From Felis catus (taxonomy: Eukaryota), in contig NC_058368.1 of NCBI RefSeq assembly GCF_018350175.1, forward strand, positions 27,158,001-27,222,000: a stretch of DNA of 64,000 bases. Reading direction: 5' to 3'. A program made the translations under genes and the position numbers. The notes below the pieces were generated by a model. The model was not told the origin of the DNA. It saw only the letters and a list, made by a program, of their open reading frames with translations, and ran no database searches. Below are positions 49,370-62,296 of this stretch, piece by piece; within the stretch, counting starts at the first letter, position 1, and every line of letters starts with the position of its first letter.

Positions 49370-49600
49370 GGGGCATCTGGGTGGCTCAGTCAGTTGAGCA
49401 TCCGACTTCGGCTCAGGTCATGATCTCGCGGTTTGTGGGTTTGAGCCCCACGTCAGGCTCCGCGCTGACAGCTCAGAGCCTGCTTTCGATTCTGTGTCTC
49501 CCTCTCTGCCCCTCCCCAACTTGTGCTCTGTCTCACTCTGTCTCTCAAAAATAAATAAAACGTTAAGAAAAGAATTTAAAAAAACAAAAAAAAAACAAAA
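49370..49600 (+). mobile_element. Can-SINE
   Basis: TSD aaactaaatctcta. Confidence 0.95.
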
Positions 49601-50258
49601 AAACTAAATCTCTAAAGAATGGGTATATGCAGTTACACACGGTTGGAGATGACCTTTGGGAAAGGATGAAACTCTGCCATGTTATATGTGTTACGTGTTA
49701 TATATATGTTATAGCTGTGCCCTTCACCTTTACGTGTGGTCCATTGTCATTGTTCATCTTCTAAGGTGTTTGCTAAAGCAGTTGGCCACTTGGGGCTCCT
49801 CTGGGGTGATTCTCACAACTCTGCTTTCGCCAGGTCAGATTTTTCCTTTATTATCCAATACAAAAATGCCACACTGAAGAGTTCTCACAGCTTAAAATAT
49901 TTATTAGCTGTCTTAGCTTAATAAATTGTTGGATGATTGTTTGTTTGTTTGTTTGTTTTGTTTTGATCCTGATGTCTGAAGAGGAAGAGAGTTCCCGAAA
50001 GGATTGCCTTTAAAGAGTGACAGTTGGTGCTCTGGGTAAACCTGCTGCTATGATTACTTGGTTCCTGACACAGGGCCTGCTTCGTCCCTGCCTTTCCTTT
50101 GAACCTGACCCTGGCCTCTTCCTGCCTACAGAGCATCCTGCTTGCTGTCATTTCTTTGACCTAAAAAGCCCCATGAAAGACAAGATGATGTCTTACAATT
50201 TTAGGCCCCACCCAGCTAGTTTCTTACACATAGGAGATAAGTCAGTATTTGTTAGAAA

Positions 50259-50595
50259 TTATTTTAGTCTGCGTAAGCTGCTGTAGCACAAATACCATAA
50301 CATTGGCTGGCTTATGAACAACCTCACAGTTGTGGAGGCTGGACAGCCCAAGATCAAGGCACTGGCAGATTCTGTGTGTAGTGAGGGCCCATTCTCTATT
50401 GTCTTTTCACTGTAACCTCACATGGCAGAGGAGCAATGGATCTTCCTTTGATGAGGGCACTAATCTCACTCATGAGAGCCTTGCCTTTCGTGACCCAGTC
50501 ACCTCGCAGAGGCCCCACCTCTTAATACCATCACATTGAGCATCAGGCTTCAACTTAACAAATTTTGGAGAGGCACGAACATTCAGACCATAGCA
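50259..50595 (-). mobile_element. MaLR solo LTR (MLT1A-like)
   Basis: ctcacagttgtggaggctgg...aagatcaagg...ggccccacctcttaataccatcacattg...attcagaccatagca. Confidence 0.85.
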
Positions 50596-50964
50596 GTGGT
50601 ATCATACAACTTTTAAGAACTTAAATAAACTGTAATTGTGAAATTCTGTAAACAAAACAAAACAAAACAAAACACAACTGCCTTTTACTTTAAGTAACTT
50701 GCTAGTAAGATAATTGGAACATTAAGATACCGTGTATGTGCAGGGTGACCATTGTATTTAAAGGAATATAAAAAATAACCAGAGACAATACCAGTGAAGA
50801 ACCTTCCAGCGAAGGTTGCTGGGGAGTGGCTCTGGAAGTTGCTTCTGACCTACTACAGGAGAATTAGTAAAAGGTGGGTATTGTCCAGGGTCATTGTGAT
50901 GAAATCAGATCACTAAGCTAGGGGAGCAGTCAGTAATTAGGCACCGTCACATTTCTAAACTAGA

Positions 50965-51200
50965 CTTCGTTTATTTGTTCAATTATTTAGTGAACTTTTT
51001 AAAAAATCATTTACCATGGGCTAAGGGCTCTGCAGGGTTTTGAGGACACAAAGATGAATTAGGTCCCTGTTCATTCAGGAAGCTCATAGCCCAGTGGGGA
51101 GGCAGACACATGAGCAGGCACTCAAAAAGGCAGTGCAAACGTTCAGGGATGGCGATATTGTGCATATGATTGGGGACCTAGGGGGAATACTGGATCCATT
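50965..51200 (-). mobile_element. L2 3' fragment
   Basis: ggacacaaagatgaat...gtccctg...caggaagctcatagcccagtgggggaggcagaca. Confidence 0.65.
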
Positions 51201-51891
51201 CCTCTAGTCTAAGTCAAGGGCGTGGAGAGAAAAGGTGGCTTATACAGAAGACAAGGGCATTGAGTATGAGTGTGGGACTGCCAAGTGGATGGGTTATGGC
51301 AGAAGTCAGATCATATGGGGTGAAGGATTCCTTGGACTTCCTGTGCTTGCTTCTGTTTCCTTTTGCTGACTACCCCCCTCCTCTCCCTAAGGCCTGCTCC
51401 AAGGATCTGCTTTGTGGTCTGGGGTCTCCTCGTCCTTGTTTTCCTAGGCTCGGTTTGTCTGGCTGCCAGCCAAGTGCCCAGGATAGGCTTTCTGCCAGGT
51501 GAAGTGGGAAAATGGAGATGAATTTATGATGGTCTCAGAGCTCGATGGTGGGAGATCCTGGAGAGTGTGTGCAAACAGGTATTGGGAGCAGCTGGAGCTG
51601 AGGCAAGTACAGAGACAGGAAATGGGAAGAAATGGCCAAAGTGGTGGCCAATCAGGCTATACAGATAGGTTGAAGTTTTGTTCTTAGGCCAGAGAATCTG
51701 TTCCTTATTAGTAGGCAGGTAAGTTTTTTTTTTTAATTGGCATATGATTGATGAAGTGCTGTAGGCTAATGGGTTAGAGGTGATATATAGGATAGGTGGT
51801 TAGATTGGGAGAAGCACACACGTGTGTTAAGTAATGTTACCTAATTTATTTTACTCTGTCACTTGTCTTCGTATGCATTAATAGGCATCAT

Positions 51892-52018
51892 GGGGTGCCT
51901 GGGTGGCTCAGTAGGTTGAGCGTCCCACTCGATTTTGGTTCAGGTAATTATCTCATGGTTTGTGAGATCAAGACCCCATGTTGGGCTCTGCTGAAACAGT
52001 ATGAAGCCTGCTTGGGAT

Positions 52019-52056
<38 letters not shown>

Positions 52057-52108
52057 TCTTTGCTCCTCCGCACCCCTCTCGAAATAAATAAGTAAACTTA
52101 AAAAAAAA
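51892..52108 (+). mobile_element. Can-SINE
   Basis: Head, (CT)n, A tail. Confidence 0.93.
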
Positions 52109-52298
52109 TGCATCTCAGTTGTCCAGACAATACCTTTTAGGGAAACTTTAACACAAAAGTTCCTAACTAATAGGAATCACATGGTTATTTGCATATATGG
52201 AACTGGGACCCAGATTTTTGTGTTCTCCACCCATGTTCTTTTCAGACCCCCAGTCATTCATATTCAGTGGAAAGGAAATAAGATTTGGTACAGATTCT

Positions 52299-52502
52299 TT
52301 TTTTTTAATGTTTTATTTTTGAGAGAGAGACAGTATGAGCGAGGGAGGAGCAGAGAGAGAGGGAGACACACAGAATCTGAAGAAGGTTCCAGGCTCTGAG
52401 CTGTCCACACAGAGCCTGACATGGGGCTCAAACCCACGAACTGTAAGATCATGACCTGAGCCAAAATCAGACGCTTAACTGACTGAGCCACCCAGGCGCC
52501 CC
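52299..52502 (-). mobile_element. Can-SINE
   Basis: TSD gatttgg(t/c)acagattctt. Confidence 0.95.
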
Positions 52503-53227
52503 TGATTTGGCACAGATTCTTGACTTCAGTAAGGGGCAGTTTTTCCATGTACTACCTAGAATAAGTAATCTCCATCTTAAATTTAATAAAAAAGATGTTA
52601 AAATGAATATTTCATTTGACCATGTTTTCTGTAATTTACTTTTAAGTTCTTGAGTGTGGAAACTGTAGGGTGTGTGTATCACATGTGAATTAATCTGTAT
52701 CTCAGAGATAGCAAGCTAATATCTGCAGCACCTAATTGAGAATATTCAGTACAGGGTGTTTAGTATTTGAAAGATTAATGAGATGATTACGATAAATGCT
52801 TCAGTGATCTTTGTTTCGGATCAGCAAGGGGTATTCAGAATTGTTATCTCCCACAATGGTGGAAATGAATGGGGTTCGGGATTTGTGGATTCTGTACCAT
52901 TGTGTGAGCAAGGTGTTAAAAATCTAGGTAGCCAAGTATTGGGAACCCTTTTGAAGATAACAAAAACTGAGATAACGGAGAAGAACTTCTCAGGGAGCTG
53001 GTTGCCTGTTTTTTGTGCTTGCCCACTAATATGTGCAGAATGTGTGTTGGTGTGTGTGGGAGAATTGGGTACCAAGGTCATGGGAGAGGAGACCTCCAGG
53101 TCTCACCTACTAGAAGGAACCTAATATCAGTGAATGATCAGATTAGCTTAGATCAGTTCTCACAATGCATTTCCTGAGAATGAACTGAATGAAAGGAGGG
53201 GATGGGCATTTAAAGAAGAGGAAAATT

Positions 53228-53470
53228 GGGGCGCCTGGGTGGCGCAGTCGGTTAAGCGTCCGACTTCAGCCAGGTCACGATCTCGCGGTCCGTGAGTTCG
53301 AGCCCCGCGTCAGGCTCTGGGCTGATGGCTCAGAGCCTAGAGCCTGTTTCCGATTCTGTGTCTCCCTCTCTCTCTGCCCCTCCCCCGTTCATGCTCTGTC
53401 TCTCTCTGTCCCAAAAATAAAATAAACGTTGAAAAAAAAATTAAAAAAAAAACAAAAACAAAAAACAAAA
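53228..53470 (+). mobile_element. Young Can-SINE (SINEC_Fc)
   Basis: CpG-rich, near-identical to copies at 7007, 23532 and 39624; long A/AAAAAC tail. Confidence 0.96.
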
Positions 53471-54599
53471 CATTGACCGGACCTTATTTCATAAAATATG
53501 GGTTTCATAGAACTGCATGTTTCCCATGAAGCTTGTAGGGCATTTGCCTTAAACCACCGGGCCAAAAGCTTCCTAAACCTATTTTCCACCATGAAATATA
53601 ATTGTGAGGTGCGCCGTAGTCTGCTTTATCTGAAGCACGTTGTTTACTTTTGCGGCGTAATCTGAGCGCTCCATCACTGAATTAACATAATGGGTTTAGC
53701 CTGCTTTCCTCTCCGGGTATTGTTTAGAAGGAAAAATTAATATGGTCTGTTTCTACTAATCACAAATCCCGTTTTGCATTTTTTTGATATACTTTCTTTG
53801 ATGTGAGGGAAAAAGTCGAAATCTCTTTTAAAGGCAGAAAAATGTCAGTGAGTCTGTTTAGCATGTACACAATCTGAAGAATGTAAGCTACACAAGATGA
53901 GGAGGTTAATATTCCATGTTTGGGGCTGCTTTGCTTATTTGAGGAATTTCATTATAACTCCAGTGGCTTTCTGGGCATGTAAGAAATTCTTACCCGAAGC
54001 CTATAGAACATTTTGCAACTCTCCTGTTTGATTTCCTAGGCCACTTAGAGACCAGTTAGATAAAAACACCCGCTAGACTTTTGTCGATTGCAGGAGCTGA
54101 AGAACCAAGGTCTCGCAGCTTCCCCACTGTTATGTTCTTCTTGTGTGAGAGAATTTTGTTTTCTCCAGATGGCTTCGGCGGTCATTGCAGAGCAGGGAAA
54201 CTTGATCCTTCTTCAGTAGCCAGGAGAGCAGAGCTCTCAAAATTTCTCGCTTCTGCCAGCTGGAGAGGGAAGGACTGAACTCACAAGCCAAGCTTCACTT
54301 CCCCCATCTGCTTACACATGTATAGCACCAAAGCCAACACCCTTTAATGTGTGCTCCTCCCTTTGTGCATCAGGAGTGTCCCTGAAAACCTGTGTCTAAT
54401 CCACATTTTCATAGATCAATAGAAGATTTCCCACTGACTTAAATTATAATTTCAGAGCATTTTATCTGAAATTTGGATGGCTCTCCAGTTGGCAGAGGCT
54501 TTCACTTTCTGCCCTCCAGACTTTCTGTCCAGAAATTAATGATATGTAAATGAACACAAGGGTTTGGAAACCTTTGGTAAATTCTATTACAAAGCAAAT

Positions 54600-55000
54600 A
54601 ACCATTCCTTGCTTTGAATGCAACCTTTCATTTATGCTGCAAGCATCTATAGAGCTCCTTCTCGCCACTGGACACCTGGAGCAGAAGATAAATAAGTCCC
54701 AGTGTGTGTCCTCAGGGGCTCTACAGTCTCCCGTGGAAGGTAGGAGCAGATCTGTGGGTATAGCTCAGTGTAATTAACGCCATGAGGCCAGTGAGCTCTG
54801 GGCCCTGGGAACGGAGAAGAGGGGAACCTACCTCATCCTGGACACCCAGAAACGGCCTCTAGGTTTGCCAGATGAGGCGGGAGTAGCCACGTGCAGGAGG
54901 GGTGGTGGGCATGTTAGCAGAGAGAGCAAAGCACGTGAAGACACAGGGATACGGAGCAGGAGGGCGTCTTCAAGGAACTGTAAGCTGGTGCATCAAGCTC
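54600..55000 (-). mobile_element. L2 fragment
   Basis: gcagaagataaataagtcccag...cctcaggggctctacagtct. Confidence 0.5.
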
Positions 55001-55089
55001 AGATCTAAGGGGCCTGCAGGTGTTCTCCCAGGGCTTCTCATGACAATCCCAAACCTTTGTTGGAAGCTGCAGGTCTGTGTTGGAAGCAC

Positions 55090-55300
55090 AGTGTGGTAGT
55101 TGACACATGGGCTCAAGCCAGACAGCCTAAGGTCACATCTTGGGACCCTTGAGGCAAGAACCTCTAGCGTCTCTGTGCCTAAGTTTCTTCATTTATAACA
55201 TAAGTATCATAATATTCTCTAGCACGTAAGGTTGTGGTGAGAATTTAATCATCAATCAATAGGGCCTTACAGGTAGCAAATGCTACATAAGTATTTGTTA
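55090..55300 (+). mobile_element. MIR
   Basis: aagccagacagcct...ctctgtgcctaagtttcttcatttataa...ggttgtggtgagaattt. Confidence 0.7.
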
Positions 55301-55319
55301 AGTGAAAAACGTGAGGGGG

Positions 55320-55505
55320 GGGGCGCCTGGGTGGCTCAGTCAGTTCAGTATCCCACTCTTGATTTTGGCTCGGGTCATGATCTCATGGTTCGTGGGATCG
55401 AGCCCCGACGCTGGGCTCCACACTGATAGCACAGAACCTGCTTGGGATTCTCTCTCTCTCCCCACCCTCTCAAAATAAATAAATAAACTTAAAAAAAAAA
55501 AAAAA
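55320..55505 (+). mobile_element. Can-SINE
   Basis: GGGGCGCCTGGGTGGCTCAG head, short CT tract, A tail. Confidence 0.93.
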
Positions 55506-55574
55506 CCCCAGGAGTGTTCCTAATGAAAAACTAAGCCTCCAAAGTTTAGAGATAGAAGAAAAGACTTAGATTAG

Positions 55575-55758
55575 CAGTTTTCTGAGTCTCCTGTGAATAG
55601 GAAACACCTAGGGAGCTTATTAAAATGCGGATTCTTGGACCCACCTTCCAAGAGTCTAATTCATGGCTCTTGGCTGAGATTCGGGAATACGCATTTTTAA
55701 AATCACCCATAGCGATTTTCACGCAGCCGGTCCCAGAATCTTTTCGAGGCATCTCCTG
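55575..55758. mobile_element. MER5A/B-like hAT element
   Basis: cacctagggagcttattaaaatgcggattcttggacccacc...gcatttttaa. Confidence 0.7.
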
Positions 55759-56374
55759 AGCCGTGGCCCTTTTAGGGCATGTGATTCACCGGGACTAAGA
55801 AGACCCTGTGCTCCGCTATTCCACTCCTGGTTGTATGGCCTTGGACAAGTCAACGAATGCTCTGAGCCTCTATTTCTTTGAGAATAACATCATTGCACTG
55901 CTGTGAGGATGACATAAGACGCGTATCTACACCACTTGTTAAGTCATCCTATTACTGGCACTGAGGGTGCCTCAACTCACATCAGGGCAGACGGGAAGTC
56001 TGCTCTCCAGGTTATTTTAACGATTAGGGAGGGATGTGGCCAAACCTGGACCTCTGGCCACTTTCCTCCGTGGAAACCACCTGTTTCTTCTCTGGCGTCT
56101 TGATTGATTATCCAGCTAATAGTCTGGTGCTCAGACATAGGTAAGGAGAGTTTACTACTTCATGAAGTAAACAGTCCCAGTTATTAGACGGCTGTGGTTG
56201 TAAGAAAGTTCTACAGATTAAGCCCAAAGGAGCCCGCTGGTAGATTTCGCTATATCGTTGTAGACGACCGGGAGTGGAGGGGTTAATTAGAAAAGGCCAG
56301 TGGGGCCAGAACCCAGAGCTCGGGTGGGGAGAGCTCAAGGAGGGTTGGCTGGCGGAGGGGGCTGGTGCCACGTC

Positions 56375-56426
56375 AGGCATCAATCCCTCCCAGCTGTTTA
56401 AGGCATCGATCCCTCCCAGCTGTTTA
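56375..56426. repeat. 26-bp direct tandem duplication
   Basis: aggcatc(a/g)atccctcccagctgttta twice, one mismatch. Confidence 0.95.
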
Positions 56427-56938
56427 AGTTAATACTCTGAACCGATGGCGTTTGGCCATGGCTACAAGTTCATGTGCCAAAATGAAAAGGAAAGAGGATT
56501 TAAAAAACAAAAGGATAGGAGAGACATTTCCTAATTTATTAAGATAAAGATGTGTTTGGTACAAGATATAACCGTTTTCGTGAAATGTAGTTGCTTCTCG
56601 TTTGGGAATTTAGCAGGTACCTACTGGGACTCACCATCGTGAAACAAAGTATTTAAGACTAAAAACAAACAAGCCCTCAATTGGAAAGTAGGATAGGTAA
56701 CACTGGTTTGAATCACAGTTCATTCTCCTTGAATTTTAAAAGAATCCAGTATGAAAAAGAGCTGAAATCCAGAATTGCCTCTTTGTCTTCAGAGGTGAAC
56801 ATGAAGTGGATGTTGTCGCCCTGTCTTAACCCACAAGGATCAAAGCTAAGTATGACTACTCCCCTCACTGCCTGGTGAGATATAGATGCACACACAGATG
56901 TGCGTGTAAGTGTGTGTGAATATAAACAAGCATTGCAA

Positions 56939-57160
56939 GGGGGCCTGGGTGGCTCAGTCGGTTGAGCGTCCGACTTCAGCTCAGGTCATGATCTCACACT
57001 CCGTGAGTTCGAGCCCCGCGTCGGGCTCTGGGCTGACAGCTCAGAGCCTGGAGCCCGCTTCCGTTTCTGTGTCTCCCCCTCTCTCTGCCCCTCCCCTGCT
57101 CATGCTCTGTCTCTCTCTGTCTCAAAGATAAATTAAAACATTAAAAAAAAACTTTTAAAA
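56939..57160 (+). mobile_element. Can-SINE
   Basis: TSD ataaacaagcattgca. Confidence 0.96.
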
Positions 57161-57899
57161 ATAAACAAGCATTGCATCAATATATGAATTTCATAGTTAA
57201 GGATTTTGATGTTTTCTATGAAAGCATTTCATTGTTTATGTAATCAACTAATGGAAAGTTATGGTGTTGAAATCTTGATTTCTCTTTGAAACCTCTTGTC
57301 TCTCAAACTGTGATCAACAGCTGCGGGAGAACTTTTACTTGAAGGTGAAGGAGTACCGGTGATGCTCCTCCTTTTTTATTTTTTGACATTCAAGGTGTTC
57401 TTTAGTTTTGCATTATTTTTCCTCATTAAGTAAGTTTCAAGAAGGAAATGTAACTCACAGGCGGAGATGCAGCCCCAGTGCTTAACCTGTCGTGTAAAAA
57501 GCGCTCCAGACTTCCCTGGTGGGTAAGTGGAGAGTTGCTTGTGTTTAGTTATGGACAGTTCACAGGGTTGCAAGGAGAGGTTCGTGTTAAGAATACTAGA
57601 ATAATGCTGGCCTTGTTTATTGCGATTTCAGGGTATATCCTTAGAGTCCTGTCCGGTATTGATTAAAATGATAAACTGTCAGAGAAAAGGGATCGAAGGC
57701 AAAGGATGAATCTTAGAAAAACAGGAAGAGTCCCAACCTGTGCCCGTCTCTCTGGTCTGATTTCTTGCCGCCTCTTTCCATGTTCTCTGTATGCCAGCCT
57801 TTCCTTCTGTGAGTTTTTTGAATGTTTTTCTCTCTCTTTTTTTTTTTTTTTCCTGTTGGATCGTTTAATCGTGCTGTTCCTTCTGACCCCTAACTCTCT

Positions 57900-58215
57900 T
57901 CATTGTTTTCTGACTCAGTACCACTTACTCTTAAGACCTCAGGATAAATGCTATTTCTTTCAGAAGTTTCTTTATAACCTTTCTCTCCACTGCCCATCTA
58001 GCAGGCTGTTCTTTCTTTATCCTCCACTGAGCACAAAGTGGATCTTTCCAGCCAGACTATAAACTCCATGGGGGCAGGGAATCTCTCTTGTTTGCCATTA
58101 TTTCTCTGAGTGCTTGACGCATCTTAGATACTTGACTAATTGATACTTGTTAGAAAGATGGTTAGACGGGTGAATGGTTAGACGGATGGATGCATGGATG
58201 GGTGGATGGATGGAA
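57900..58215 (+). mobile_element. L2 3' end with (GGAT)n tail
   Basis: ccagactataaactccatgggggcagggaatctctcttg...gatggatgcatggatgggtggatgg. Confidence 0.75.
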
Positions 58216-60094
58216 GAATACACATGCTCGTAAAGAAGGACAGACGCTGGCCTCCTGAATCAGGATCTGACCAATAGCAATCTGAGCCAAGAAATGTATG
58301 CTTCTTAGGTTCTCAATAATGAATACATGTTGATTGACCGATTGATTTGACTGTCATGCAGAAATGCAAGTGATAGGAAAATATGAACATCAAAACACGA
58401 AAGCTGATAATATCTCAGTAATTTCCTTGGCCAAAATCGGGGGAAAAAAACGCATTGGTTTTGGAAGCTCTTTACAAATGTATTCTAACATTTAATTTTT
58501 TTTTTTGTAAATGATCTTCTTTATTATATAGTATGTTAGACATCTCTAGAATGGTGCTGGCAAGTCTTTCAGTCAATTATATGCTCATTGGCAAAGTGTT
58601 TCACAATATTTTGGTAAACTTTGGAGCTGTGTGCCATTTAGCAGCACACATGACATTTCCATGTCAGTATGCTGCTTTTTTATTGCATTTTGTTCACTCA
58701 TCACTCGAGTGCTTCTTGCCAGCTTTTGTTCTCAGGATGAAATAGGTTTGAATTTTTGGATGAAAATATGCAAGATGGTACGGGAGCCTCACAGTGTTGT
58801 GTAATTAGAAGTACATCGTATAGTCAGAAGGAAAGCAAGTTAGAAGTAGCTTTTCTGGGCTCTGTTACCCTGGGAGGATTTTTGTTTTTGTGTAACTGAT
58901 CGTGTGTAAGGGTTTAAAACTCAGCAGCCATTTGTAGACCTACTAGTTATAGAAAAGCCCAACCCCTGGTTCTAGAAGGCAATAAATGAAAAATAAATCA
59001 GTAACAGCTCATGTACATTATATATACATACATAAATACGTATATACACACAGAGAGAGACACACGCTAGTAAGCTTTACGCTGGGGTGATGGCATGATC
59101 ACCTCTGCAAAGGAAATTTGGGGCGATGTCCTCTTGGATCTCTTAGAACGAACCTGAGAGATTATGGAAGTCTGAAGCAACAGCTGCTGTTGACGGTTTT
59201 TCCCCTACAAGGAGATGAAATGATGCAGACCAATGGTCTAACATTTCCCAAAGCACTGGAAAAGAACAAACAAGAATCAGTGAGATGGCATATTGCTTTA
59301 TGCTTTATTCTGGGAATTTTAGAACTTCTCTGGCGAACTACTTTCCCCCGCCCCCCAGGAGAACCCCTTGACCTAATTTAGAAGTTGTAACTGAAGGGTC
59401 TTGCTCGGAGCACAGAGTATGGTTCAGAAATGGCGTGTTATTTTGTCTTGGGCCTTTCCTTTTAAATACTCGAGAAAAGTTCAGGTCCATCTGATAGATT
59501 TACACTGAGGCGAACTGGCATCTGGATTTCGAGACTAATGGAACAAAGAGTCAATATAAATATAACTTCATAAGCTCTATCATGTGTACAATAAGAATAA
59601 ACTAAGCTCTTCTGAATGAAATCGGTATCTGAAAATACGTTAGCTCACCGACGCTAAGAATGTTTCTAAAGCAAATCTCAATCAAAACGAAAACTGTTTC
59701 ATGTTTAAAGAAGCTTGTCATGTCCAGGTCACGTGAAGAGGCCTCATGAAAGTGAAAACGCATTGAAAACCCCGTAAAGAGTGGATGGAGACCCTGAAGC
59801 TGCCTCTCTGATTAAAAGCCTCAGCTAATATCCATATTTCCCCCAAACATATAACTTACTGAGCTGTAGCTCCTTGCGGCTTTTTAGGGAGCTAGATATG
59901 TAGAGGAACAGTGCATCCTGCTGAAACTCAGAGAAATTCAAGGACACAAAATTTATCCTTAAACTTGTACGGCGTTAAGGATGCTGTTTATCCTTCAACT
60001 TGTACAGCATTAAGCAGTTTAAAACAAATCACCGTGTGGACCTTACTGAACTTCCTGCTCTGTGGGAGCAGTAACATCAGCCCCAGCAGCCCTC

Positions 60095-60300
60095 TTAGAA
60101 CTTTCTGTACGCCAGGCCTTGTTTCCAGTGAGTTACATACAGTAGCCCGTTTAATTCTCACAACGGCCCTATTAGTTAGACACCGTTATCTCCTGGTTTA
60201 CAGATGAGCAAACTAAGCATGGAGTTTAAGTAACTTGCTCAAGGTCATTCAGCCAATAAGTGAGTCGCAGAGGCGGCATTTGGTTTTCACCCTGAATACT
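60095..60300 (-). mobile_element. MIR
   Basis: tttacagatgagcaaactaag...taagtaacttgctcaaggtca. Confidence 0.8.
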
Positions 60301-62296
60301 GTGCTGTTCTCCCTGTCACCTGTCGCTGAGTCTAATTACGTAGCCTAGTATTAGGATCCGAAACACAGGGAATGGCTGTTAGAGCTCTTAGGAGCCAGCC
60401 CCAACAAGGAAGTAGATTATGCTGAGTAACAGCAACGATAACTATCGTCTTACCACGTTTTAGACTTTGCAAAGCACTTTCATCTGTCCTGGTCCCTTTG
60501 CTTTTTACGATAAAATTATGAGGTGGTTATTCATTTAAAAATTGTGCAGGATACCTACGCTATGTGAGATACTCTTCTAGGTTATGAAATGTAGTAGCAA
60601 ATGACACAACATCTGTGCTGTGGTGGCACTTCACCTAAAAGGATTACATAGTAATTATAAAAGTAACAACCGCTGCTACGGGTGAAATACATCAGAAACA
60701 ACAGAGCAGACTGGCAGGGTAGGAAAATCTCGTCCTTTCCTGTTTCTGGAAGGCTTATGAAAGCTCACATGACACGATCTGAAGGCTCCTTAAGCTCTTA
60801 TTTCATTCACAGCAAGGCAGTCTTATCACATGTATAGATTATTTACTTTTTTATTGTTATTCTATTACAAAAACATCATGGAGACTTCCCTCTTCTAGTT
60901 ACATCTCTATATATGTACAGATAAATTCTGTCCGTAATGAATTCCAACAGAGATCTGAAGTCTATTACTACTTGGGAACTTTTCTGAGACCTAATTTTTG
61001 CCAAAAAGGAGTATTTAGATATAGGACTGTCCAACTCTGAGAATTTACATCTGGAAAGTTAGCAACGGCTGGAAAATTCTCATTCAGGAAGGGAGGATAG
61101 AAGCCCATATTTTTTTTTTTTCTTTAGGAAAAGCAAGCCAGCATTCATTTTTAACGCTCCTACAAGATGGGAAGTATTTAAAGTCGGCTGTTGAATTTCA
61201 GATGTTTGCCTGTATCGAATGACATTGGAAAAACTCTTTATTTGAAATGTTTAAACATGGAGCAAAGGAAATTTGAAGATGAATGAGAATACCATCCACA
61301 GACTCTACAATCTTTCTTATTTTGACATTTGTCTCTTTTTAAAATTTCTGACTTCACTTTACTTTTTTTCAAATCTATATCACACAGTAGTTGTCATATC
61401 CAGAAAACTCAAATTCATGCCCTATCAGGTACATCCCTAATTTCAGGTGCCATAAATTCTGTGGTGTCAGAGTATGCCTAAAGTCATTTGAGCTACATCA
61501 TGTTTAAATGGTGGAGGTATTGTGTCCTAGAAATGAAAGCCGGGGATGTGGCTCACAGATGCTGATTCTGATGGGCAGGTTGTCACCTTGCCTACTGGAA
61601 ATCTCAGAGGGAATAAATGACAGTCTCCAGATAGTCCAGGATGGCTCCAATTTAAGCAGTCTTCTATTGTTGTATTAGTGACCTAATAAGACCAATGTGC
61701 CCCTTTCTGTAATATGTGTTAGGGACCATCATGGAGAGTTATGAAGGATAGGCATTTACTCACTTCATCTATTTCTCACATATTTTAACCACAGTTTTTT
61801 AATTTCCTTAACACTTACTATACCCAAAGTAGGCTATTTTGTCATGTGTTCTAAAATTACTTCCGTGATATTGTCTGCCACAGGGTAGAATTTGTAGCAG
61901 ACATTCCTATTGGAGGCTTAAAAATGTTGTCTTTTAATTTCTGAAATACCAAGAGCTTATTTACATGCTGAGGTCTGCACTATGAAACATAGTCTAGTTG
62001 GGTGATTTCCAAATAAATATTTCACATTTATTTTCATCAATAAAATACACATATCTGCTTCTAAAAATTGAAAAATAGAGTAGGCTTATAATGAAAAACT
62101 ATAGTTCTGGATTCCACCCCCAGAGTCATTGCCCAGAGAAAAGCTTGTAATTCTTTTAACTGTTTCTGTGTTTATATTTTTGTTAGTGCCTTTAAAGCTC
62201 TAGATATGTAATATTGGCTAAATTGAGTGCAAGTGTGTGTGGTGTTGCTTTGCGTGTAACAACCATTTCCCAATTTATCAAATTTAGGTATTATCT

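Noticed and set aside
50800..50818. Hairpin aaccttc-cagc-gaaggtt
   Set aside because: A 7-bp stem is expected by chance in 64 kb
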